DNA of 64,000 nucleotides from Azolla caroliniana (Eukaryota; Plantae; Polypodiophyta): assembly GCA_043228905.1 (NCBI GenBank), contig JBHGNT010000002.1:26412001-26476000 (forward strand), written 5' to 3'. Below the pieces are notes generated by a model. The model was not told where the DNA came from. It saw nothing but the letters and a program-made list of their open reading frames with translations, and ran no database searches. Each line of letters starts with the position of its first letter. Position 1 is the stretch's first letter. The position numbers and the translations under genes were made by a program. Positions 46,860 to 57,535 of this stretch are shown in pieces.

Positions 46860-49558
46860 ATTCATACACGGAATATAGGTCCTAATGGCTTGCTGGCTCC
46901 CCGACGATTCGGCCTAGCCGATCGGTCTCCATTCAATCCGGGCCTAACTGATCGGTTTCCATCTGATCTGGTTCCCAGCTTCTTCAGTCGATTCTGACCA
47001 AACCGATCGATTTCCATCCGATCAGGTTCTCAGCTTCTTCAACTGATACGGGCCGAACCGATTGGTTTCCATTCGATCCAGTTCTCGGCTTCTTCAGTTG
47101 ATTTGGCCCAAGCTGAGCTTGCTTGCCCAACACTCCCCCTCTTCGTCTTGGCATCGTCTTCGGCTGCCTTCTCGTCCGTCTGGCCTTCATGTGATTCAGT
47201 TTGTTTGAAACACTCTTCTCGACCGAATCTGTTGTCTCTTATTCGTCTTCTTCTAGGCCTTTGACCACATTCTAGTCTTGGCCTTTATCTTTAGGTCGAC
47301 TCTGCCCTTCTTGGCTCTACCGCATGTATTGTCTTTCTTAACTATGACTCCCCCTTGTTTGGTTGGTTCCAGCTCTAACTCTTTCCTTAGACTGTTCCTC
47401 GTGTAGCTAGTTGATCTCCACTTGGTTGCTCCTCTTCCACTTGTCTTCATGTCTGATGTGTCCTCGACTTCTTTAGCCGATCCGGATGTCCCGCCAACTT
47501 TTTCAGTCGTTCTGAAATCGAACTCCTCATCTGAGTCGGCTTTCCGAACATCATCTCTCTCCATCTTTCCGGCGTCACTCATCCCCCTCAATTTCGGCAT
47601 GTCGAGATGTTGTAAGCCAAGCATGCATGAAAAATGCCGCAACTTGTCAAGACCAAGAGGTTTGGTGAAGAGATCAGCAGCCTGCCGATCCATCAGAATA
47701 TACACAAGTTCAACTTCTCCGGAGAGGACTCACTTGCAGACAAAATGATAGTGCAACTCAATGTGCTTTGTCTAGGCGTGAAAGACGGGGTTCTTGGCTA
47801 CCTGGATGTTGATGAGCTTGTCACAATATATGACTGTCGGCTCGGACACCTCCACTTGCAGATACTTGAAGAGCCTCTTGAGCCATATGGCTTCGTATGC
47901 CATGACAGCCGCTCCTCGGTATTCAGCCTCGGTGCTCAACAATGGCACTGTCAGCTGCTTCTTACTGCTCCAAACGATCGCGACGCTTCCAAGTGAAAAC
48001 GCAAACCCTGACGTAGACTTGCGATCACCAGCATTTTTGGCCCAATCGACATCTGTGTAGCAAACCAACTCTTCGGCTACACCAGTCCGATACAACAACG
48101 CTCCATTCTTCGTGCCGCTAACATATATCATGATCCTATGCATGCAGTAAAGGTGTTCAATCTTCGGCGGCGACATAAACTGACTTATCAATCCCATTGG
48201 ATAACTGGTTTAGACGAGTAATGGTCAGGTAGATCAAGCTTCCGGCTATCTATCGAAATTGTGTCGGGTCGCACATCGTTCCTAATTAGGGGCGAAGCTT
48301 GACATTCCGGTCTGGAGGAGTCGAGACGGATTTACAATCTATCATTCCAAACTTGAAGAGCATACTCAACAAATAGTGCCTTTGGTTGATTAGTATGCCT
48401 TCGGGGGTGCAGATCACATCGATCCCGAGGAAGTAATGAAGGTCCTCCAGATCCTTCATGTCAAATGATGCAGCAAGATGGGACTTGACGCAACTGATTT
48501 CCTCCAAGTCGGCGCTGACAATGACTAAATCATCCACATATAGTAGAATGCTTACCGACCCATGCCGACCCTTATGGATGAAAAGTGTGGAGTCCAATTT
48601 CGACGTAGCAAACCCCATCCAATGCAATCGTTGCGTGATCTTTGCGTTCCTATATGTTCATATAGGAACTTTTTCAGTCGCCAAACAACTTATATGTTCA
48701 ATCCAGACTAAAATCCGGGAGCTTGCACCATGTACACCTATTCCTCAAGTTCTCCTTGCAGGAATGCGTTCTTCACATCCATCTGGTGCAAGTGTCATCC
48801 CTTGGCTGCCACTACCGCTAGTAGTATCCGAATTGTTGTCATTTTGACAACCGACGTGAACGTTTCATCATAGTCGATGTCATGCTGCTACGCATAGCCT
48901 TTGGCCACTAGTTGGGGTTTGTACGGGTTAACGGGGTCGTCGAAGTTGTACTTGACTGTGCACACCCACCTGCACCCGATTGGCTTCACACCCTTGGGCC
49001 CAAGTTCCATGTCTTGTTTTCCGCTAGTGTGTGCATCTCTTCTTTCATGGCGGCAAGCCAATTCGCGTCCTTCACCACCTCGACATAGCTCTCTAGCTCA
49101 CACACATCTACCACCTTCGCCATATACGCACAATGATGCGCATTATATTCATTGTACCCATACCTGATTATGGGATTCCTCTGGTGGGTGGATCAACACA
49201 ACCTCTGGTTCGCCGATTTCAAAGCCCTCTTGGCCGACTCCGACCTCATCTCCGGAGGTCCATCTTCACTCCTGGCCGTGTGGGATTCACTCCAGTCCGA
49301 TGTGTCGGCCTTTGTGTCATACTCTGGCATCTGCATCTTTCCCTTCTCCTTGTGCGTAAGCTATCTCCTCGATTTCTGACACGGGGACTACACGACCTAG
49401 TCTCCATTACTCACCGGCTCATCATCCGATTGGTCGTTCCGACTCAGTCTCTCATTCGACCCACTCAACCGAAATGAGATTAGATTCTCCTCTTGAGTTC
49501 CAATTTCATCTTCCTCAGTGGCCTCATCTCCAACAATCGGTTCGGAGACGAAAGGGAG
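46860..49558 (-). mobile_element. Copia K, 3' half only (end of IN, RT, RH, tail, PPT, part of the 3' LTR)
   Basis: RT LLYVDD (48286-48627), RH 47772-48197, PPT 47133-47143. The LTR starts TGTTGGGCAAGCAAGCTCAGC at 47132, contains a 55-bp x3 repeat (46944-47108), and is interrupted by J. Confidence 0.85.
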
Positions 49559-50970
49559 TGTTGAATACAGTTTCTAATGGTCGGAAAATTTTGTAAATAT
49601 GTGAAAGGGTAGGTGTGTGAGCTCAGTTAGTATATAACTGACTTTGTAACCAAGCTCATAAGGTTGTTGCCTCCATTTGTAGTAACTTTGAGTTCGAATA
49701 ATACAGTTACATCTTCTGTGCCATTTTGTGTCTCCCCCTCTGTCTCTTTGATCTTGCTCTACCATGCTAACTCAATGATCTTCTAAGCATAGATATTGTT
49801 CTTGTTTCCGCATTGACGGTCTCAAAGCTCGAGGTTATTCAACTTGCTGCCTGTCGTCATCTGTTTTGAAGAGCATTCTTGGCCCTGTCTTCCTGAAGAC
49901 CCTGAGTTCAAGATCTCATCTTGAGAAGAGAAAGAAAATTGAAGATTTGCACTCTACTGAGCTATATCACTCTTAAGGTAAGCCAACCAACTGTACCTTG
50001 CTTCTGTTATTGCAACCGCGCAGAGTGGAATCTCTATCAAATCGGTTTCGATCGTGCTTTACCAGGTTAGACATTGTCTACTTGTTTGTTGTAACCACTC
50101 AAAGCAGATCCATCCTTAGGAGCAACCTCATATGTGCTTCACTCAAGTAGACGAAATCCGGGAAGAATAGTTTAAATTTATCCTCCAGTCGCCATAGTCA
50201 CTCGAAGCAAGATCAACCTGAAAAGAAGGCACATAGTCTGTGATCAACCTCTAAAATTTGGTATTCGGAACCTATTTGGCATATAGTTGTGCTCGTGTCC
50301 AAATCCGGTTAGAACGAATTCGGATGAGCTAGTCGACTCTGGACAGAATCGCCCAAGGCCGAGACAGATGGCTTCAACATCTGGCTCATCAGAAATGAGT
50401 CTAAGGAAGTTTGATGGATCGAACTTCAACCTCTGGAAGGAGTAGATGCATGACTATTTAATAGTCAAGCATCAGATTGATCCAATCGAGACAGAAAACA
50501 CTCAAGAAGGATTCAAGCCAAATGAGTGCATGAAACTTGATAGAATTTTCCAAGCCACCATTCGGATGCACTTGTCAAAGTCAGTGTACTTCATAGTGCA
50601 TTTATGTCTGACTGCCTTCCAACTATGGAAGATACTTTCGGACACTTACGAGAAGAACGTCACCGCCACAAAGATATATTTGATTCGGCACCTTTACAAC
50701 TTTTGGATGAAAGAATCTGACTTAGTCCAGGCACACCTAAACGAGTACGAAAGTCTAAGCTCCCAGATTTCGGCCTAGGGGACGACGATAGAGGATGAAC
50801 TAAAAGCCATGCTTTTAATTAGTAGTCTCTTCTAGGGAAACTTTCATCACAACCGTGTGTAATGCGTTGACTGCCGCCATAAAGTACTTCGAAGTCACAA
50901 GCTCAATCTTGACGGAAGCTGCTCGGTGGAAATCGTTTTGGCAAATGATTTGGCTAGTGACACTTACGTA
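49559..50970 (+). mobile_element. Copia L 5' fragment (LTR, leader, gag N-terminus), apparently inserted into K and then truncated
   Basis: TGTTGAATAC begins where the K integrase tail (LPFVSEP) breaks off, with TATATAA near 49631. Gag MASTSGSSEMSLRKFDGSNFNLWKE starts near 50368. The LTR 3' boundary and PBS are unclear. Confidence 0.65.
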
Positions 50971-51540
50971 GTACATGGGTGACCTCCCTGGAAGTCCTAG
51001 TTACATCTACGATAGTAATGGGTTCGGGGGGGCATTGCTATGAAGAGTGGACATGCTCTGTATTCGTGCGGTATACTAACCCGCACTGCAAAAAGCCATA
51101 AGGAAAACCCTATGTGATACTAATATACTATGGAGGGATCACACCTAAACGTAGAACATGTCGTCATGAGGTGACTACTAATCACGGGGCTCTGGTAGTT
51201 GCGTAGTTCACACTTGTAACCGGTGTGAGTTTGGAATCGGTATACCATCCACTTTCAGGTGACAACCAACTACTTGTCGGGGATCAATGTGTAGCATATT
51301 CCAACCTACCTTGGCAATTCCCATACCATGAGTTTTGTGGTTGTCTCGATGCTTCAGGCATTGTAAGTTAAGTGTGCTTGAGCCAGAACAATACTCGGAT
51401 GGGTGACCTCTCGAGAAGTCCTGGTTACATTTATAGTAATGGGTTCGGCCCCATTGCTATGAAGAGTGGAGATGCTCTATATTTGAGCAGTATACCGACC
51501 TGCACTCCTTGCAAAAAGCTGTAAGGCAAACCCTAAATGT
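50968..51540 (+). mobile_element. Cassandra-like element with a 5S rRNA-derived Pol III promoter domain in two direct repeats
   Basis: 51365-51430 AAGTTAAGTGTGCTTGAGCCAGAACAATACTCGGATGGGTGACCTCTCGAGAAGTCCT matches the 5S rRNA A-box/IE/C-box half. A truncated second copy starts at 50975 and the repeat period is about 424 bp. No clear PBS or TSD. Confidence 0.65.
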
Positions 51541-52363
51541 GTTTTTTGTGTCAGTTATGGAAATTAGTCGTAAGTGTCTTTATCAAGAGGGAATCAATTG
51601 TTGGAAATGTTGGTGGTTACCAAGGGTTGGCTCTAAGACAACCAAGACTCGCATATGATCAAACTCTGTTTAGAGTAGAGAGCTTAATCACTTAACTGAA
51701 ACTTAATATTAGAGAACTTAATACAAAGTATTAAAGAAGCTTAATACAATGTATGTACCTCTTTCTTGTGATCTTATAATACTAAAATAAAATAAAATAA
51801 GAAAGAGTCGATAAAAGTAGAGAAACATAATTGATTAATTAAGAAGAGTAAGTACAACAAAGTTAATATTTGATTACTAGTATATTCTCACATTATTTTT
51901 ATTACAAAGTAGTAACCCCTTCTTAGAAAGCAATCACATACAAGATGATATGTTGATTTGGTCCCATTGGTCAAATTTGGACTCCTCATGGATGATAAAA
52001 TATGGATTCTATTTTATTCCATTCTCCCTCTTAAATAGGAGCAATGTTCTATACTCACTATTAAGATTGATCTAAGGTTTCTCGTTTGTCATTACATTTT
52101 CCTTTGAACTTTTACAAATGTGGTGAGGGGTGTGTTTATGCCTCTTGACCATCTTAGCTTCAAGGATGTATTCAAACTTTATAATATTCATATTTGATGG
52201 GAAATAAAGAGGTTGTCTATGATTGTTGTTCTTTACTTAGAATATATTATAGGATCATATTTAATAGTTCATTGATCTTCCTATTATAATCTTATGTGTC
52301 CTAATCTATTTTGCCCCTTTATAGTTACATGTGGCTTGTTCACACTTTGTTAGATCCAATGTT

Positions 52364-52588
52364 TGTTAATAGGCCAATGTTCAGTTCCCTAATGTAGTGG
52401 CTTTAGCCTTTCACACTAGCAATGGACACTCTAGGTTAAAGCTAGTTTTGTAAATAGTAGAAAGGGCAGTTGCCCTAAGTTTATTGGTATTTAAACCAAC
52501 TCTTTTGTAAACAAGCTAGTGTTGGATGTATTTTACATATTGCTAATACATCTTCTTGTTCTCTATCTCTCTAAGTTCACTCACTCAG

Positions 52589-52645
<57 letters not shown>

Positions 52646-54640
52646 CACACACACACACACACAGAGAGTTCTATCCGCTACACAAGATCACCTACACTCT
52701 CCATTTCTTTACATGGTATCAGAGCGTGTGGTAGTAAAATCAAAACTTGGTCAACTGTGTTGTGTCACACGCTGACAATCAAACAGAACCAGCTCAACAA
52801 CAAAGAAGAAAAATGACACCATAAACACTCGAATGGGAAACACTCTTCCTATCGAGAAACTTGACGAATCGAACTTTCCATCTTGGGAATACAAGATGCA
52901 CTAATACCTTTTCGGCCAAGGTTATTCGAGTTACATCGAAGGAGCTCAAGAAAATCAACCCAACCCTACACATGCCAACTACCCAACATGGGAGCAAGCA
53001 ACAAGTCGCATGTTGTATTACCTAGCATTATGCGTCCATGATCACATGCTCGACTACATTCAAGAGGCAAAAATGCCGAAAGAAGCCTAGGGCAACCTCA
53101 AGAAGATTTTTGCAACTAACACGATTGCACACAAGCTTCAACTCTATCATGAGTTAAACAATATTCAACAAAGGGATATGTCGGTCATCATCTACTTCGT
53201 AAAGATCAAGGAGTTGTGTGATCCCTCGGATCAATCAACATAAGCATGGATGATGATGAAATGGTGTAGATATGCCTCGATGGTTTAACACCATGATTTG
53301 GCACGATTAGATCAGCCATCCTTGCAAGGGAGAAACCTCCCTCCTTTTTCGAGCTTCAGTCGATATTGTTAGATGCAAGGACGAAAATCACGTCCTATCA
53401 AGGAGCAAGCGCAAGATGGTTAGATGCTCTACTCCCAGTCGAGCGAGGGAAGAGGATTTAGCCAAGGAAACAGAGATCAAGTCAGTCACCCGAGAGCATG
53501 ACTCCCACTATCAACAAAAGGCCAGGAACAGACCAAGGGAGTTCGGCAAAAGGGGGAACCATCGTGCCGAACCAAGTCGCCAAAACAGCCTAATCGAATG
53601 TGGGTACTGTGGAAAATGTGACCACTACAAAGAGGAGTGTCAAAAGAAGAAACGAGAGTTGGCTTCAACCAGTTGACAACTCACAAACTATGCTTCGAAT
53701 TTCGATTATGACGATCTTCGCAAAATGTTCTTAATGAGGCGTAAAGCACACTCAATGTTGGTATCAAGTACGACCAACACCTCTATTTCAGACAATGTAT
53801 GGTTTGTTGACTCTGGAGCCTCCAATCACATGACGTCACATGAAGATTGGTTTCGAAGTTGCGAAAGCCCAATCGACCCGTCTATGTCGAAACTGGGGAC
53901 AACATAATTCACCCCATTCAGCTTGTTGGAGATGTCCCATTCAGGAACGATGGCAAACAAACCTACATCAAGAACGTCTTGCATGTCTCGATCATCATGA
54001 AAAATCTTGTCTCGATTGGCTTGATTGTAAAACAAGGCATGCAAGCACGATTCAAATACGAAGGGTGATTTATTGAAAAAGACGGTCAATTTGTTGCTTA
54101 GGGTTGTCAAGAAGGACGAATGTTCGTCCTCGAGTTGAACGAGGTGAAGTCAGCCATGTTCGTGAAAGGCCTCAAAGTCGACACCAACTTGAAATTGTGG
54201 CACAAGAGGATCGACCACATTAATCTCTAGAAGCTCTAGGACGTGAGGGCAAAAAGAGTCATCGTCGAACTCCCAACCTTCACAGAGAAAGAGAGGTGTG
54301 GAGTGTGTGAAGCATGTCAATTTGGCAAACAACATCGGCATCGATTGTCAATGGAAATGAATGTGAATAGAGGCCACATTTGGAGGATGTTGATATTATG
54401 TCATGTTCATCGACGAATTCTCTAGGCACACCTGGATTTATCCTATGTGGCAAAAGAGTGAAGTGTTCTCACACTTCCAAAATTTTAAAAGTGACGTAAA
54501 AAAGACAATCGGTCGACATGTTCGATGCCTTTGGTCGGACAAAGGTAAATAATACTTCTTTGACGCCTTCATAGCATACCTTTGACAAGAAGGAATTCAA
54601 CGAGGGTTTACTTGTCAACAAACACCTCAACAAAACGAAA
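52364..54640 (+). mobile_element. Copia M 5' fragment (same family as A): LTR, PBS, gag, PR, start of IN
   Basis: LTR ends TTTACA at 52713 (start approximate), perfect PBS TGGTATCAGAGC 52714-52725. EKLDESNFPSWEYK, CGYCGKCDH, WFVDSGASNHM. Truncated at TPQQN. Confidence 0.85.
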
Positions 54641-54646
54641 GTCTCA

Positions 54647-55167
54647 AGTTCAAAGTGTTTTCATCACAATTTGATCTTAAATTTATCAAATTCAGGTTCT
54701 AAGTTTTTATTTTATTTAATTTTGCGTTTCTTCGAGAAAAAAAAACTTTAAACCTGAATTCGATACTCAGTATCAAGTTCAGGTTTAAAGTTTTTTTTTT
54801 TCAAAAGAAAAATGAAAAAAAAACTTTAAACCTAATCTCGATATTAACTACCAAGTTCGGATAAAAACAAGGTGTTTTCATCACAATTCAATACTTAGTA
54901 TCGAATTTAGGTTTCAAATTGTGATGCTTTCAGAAAAAATAAAAAATAACTTTAAACCAGAACTCGATACTAAGTATCGAGTTGTAATGTAAACACCCTA
55001 TTTTCATCACAATTCAATACTTAGTATCAAATTCAGGTTTTGACATCACAATTCGATACTTAGTATAGAATTCAAGTTTAACATTTTGATTTTTTATAGA
55101 ATAAAATAAAAACTTTGAACTTGAATTCGATATTAAGAATTGAATTGTGATGCAAACACTTTGAACC
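54647..55167. repeat. AT-rich foldback element with about 70-bp imperfect terminal inverted repeats and internal palindromes
   Basis: TTCAAAGTGTTTTCATCACAATT... is mirrored by ...AATTGTGATGCAAACACTTTGAA. Internal TCGATACT(N)AGTATCGA-type palindromes are repeated. Confidence 0.75.
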
Positions 55168-55734
55168 TAAGTATTGAATTGTACTACAATATGAATTCGT
55201 TACATTGTATTGAATTGTACTGAAATCTCTGTTTTTAAAATAATTGTGTCGATGGTAATAATTGTGTATGACTTACACTAACAAAAGTTGGATGAGCAAG
55301 TGAGTTTCTTTCACATGAGGATTAAAGCCTTAATGTTTTCACCATGGATCGCATGAACCAATTCCACAATTAGCTAGTGAACTTAAGGAGCTTATTGATT
55401 TTAACGATGAGCTAGTCGAAGACCCTACCATTGCTAGCCTATGTGGAGTCGATACTATTGCACAAAGTTTGGAGGAGAGTTCTCAAAATAAAGAAGAGGA
55501 GAGCAATGTGGATACCCTGATAACTATGTGATATGTTCCAAGGATATATTAATGTTCACGTGTACGTTTGACAATTTTGATAGTTCATGAATATTGTCTA
55601 CATTTTTGGAGTTCTAACTTTATGGATGTTGATGAGCACTAAATTTATAGATGTTAATGACACTTACGGAACCTACATCTCCTCAAGATGGTGAACCATT
55701 AATCTTAACTTGTGTCATGAATACATAAACATCA

Positions 55735-55807
55735 TTGGCTTCACCTAAGCTTGAACCCAAGACCTTGTAATACATAATCAAGAACCCAACCATTAAGATA
55801 GCCTATA
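55735..55807 (-). promoter_or_regulatory. tRNA-gene-like cassette, antisense in U3 of the H LTR
   Basis: Minus strand: TATCTTAATGG (55800-55790), AGGTC (55765-55761), TTGGG-TTCAAGC-TTAGG. Spacing is the same as in B. Confidence 0.55.
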
Positions 55808-56952
55808 ATCATACAAAATAATAAAAACTACTTTTTGTAATATATTGATTATTGTAAAACTATGGAACATTCTAGAACATTCTAGAATATCCTAGAACAT
55901 CTTAGATTATTCTAGGTGTAGAACTTTCTAGAACATCATAGAAATCTCTATGTTATTTTATAGGAACCTAGAAATATAGACATACAATTATTCTCAAACC
56001 AATTTGAATCAGCACCAATCTTTAGCTCTCATTACATATCTTGTATCCATTCTTTTTCTTTTTCTATCTTAATACACCCATTCTTCTCTTATCATTTCGT
56101 CCCTTTTCTTCTCGTGTTCTCTTATATCCTTCTTCCAACTTTTATTTTTCATTTTGATAGTTTGATTCAAAATTTCTCTCTCCTTTATCCTCTATAAACA
56201 TCACGAAACCATGGCCGCCATCAACTCAGAAGAATGTCTCACTCTTCTTGCAAAAATGGAGAATCTTAAAACCAAGTTCACATCTCTTGAATTAGAGAAT
56301 CAACCGGTATGGAGAAGCAACAAGTTACTATGGACAAGGTTACTATGGAAAAGCAACAACAACAAGAGGAGTTTACACAATAGGTTCAACAATTAGAGTT
56401 GACAATCATAGTTTTATAACAACAAAGGGTCGAAGGTCAAGGAATTATCGAGGCCAAAATCAACCTCCCAACTAAATTTGATGGTTCGAGGGTGCATTTT
56501 CAAGGTTTCTTGAATAAAGTACGGTTGGTAATTCAAATGCACCCCACACATTATCTGACAGATGCATCACGAGTCGGGTTAGTGGGCACCTTATTGACTG
56601 ACGTAGCGTTGTCGTGGTTTGCTCCATTACTAGAGACAAATTCTTCTCTACTACATAATTTTGAGGAATTTATCAAAGAATTTAAGGCTTGCTTCAGAGA
56701 TATAGATCGGGCAAGAACAACAATCAACAAGATTCGCACACTACGTCAAGGTGATCAGCCAACATCGACATATGCAACCAATTCTGTCTCATCGCAAGCA
56801 ATATTCCTTGGGATGAACAATCCCTAATGGAGCAATTTCGTTTCAACCTTCGTAGTGATGTGAAAGACTTCTTACTTTCCCTGAGGATCTATAATCCCTT
56901 ATAGAAGCTATTAGTCGAGCAATACGATGTGATAATTGTCTTTTTGAGCGTC

Positions 56953-57535
56953 GATGTGAGCGACAACAACAAATAACAAGATCAAGATTCACACCAACTT
57001 ATGCATCAGTAACAACGCAATCATCTCCAAGGCAAACATATAGCCCTGCTCTAACTCCAAGGCAAACACGTAGTCTAGTTCCAATCGATAGGCCTACACC
57101 CATGGAGATCGATATGACCCAACGACGAGGACCATTGTCAAAAGAGAAGCAACGACGTTGAGCAAACTGTTTGTGCTTATATTGTGTAGGTCCAGGACAT
57201 ATAGCCATTCATTGCTCCCGTAGGCCGAGACGTTAGGTAAATTAAGATGTGAGCAACAACAAATAACAAGATCAAGATTCACACCAACTTATGCATCAGT
57301 AACGGCGCAATCATCTCCAAGGCAAACATATAACCCTGCTCCAACTCCAAGGCAAACACGAAGTCTAGTCCCAATGGATAGGCCTACACCCATGGAGATC
57401 AATATGACACGACGATGAGGACCGTTGTCGGAAGAAGAGAAGCAACGATATCAAGCAAACCGTTTGTGCTTATACTGTGTAGGTCCAGGACATATAACCA
57501 TTCATTGCTCCCGTAGGCCGAAACGTCAAGTAAAT
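56953..57535 (+). repeat. About 290-bp tandem duplication in the gag of H, including the zinc knuckle
   Basis: 56953-57245 and 57246-57535 align. Confidence 0.9.

Noticed and set aside
49551-49558. AAAGGGAG before the L LTR read as a PPT
   Set aside because: It is better explained as the antisense of K integrase-tail codons (L-P-F).
51365-51430. 5S rRNA gene
   Set aside because: Only the internal-control-region half is present and it is diverged. The 5' ~45 nt and the T-rich terminator are missing.
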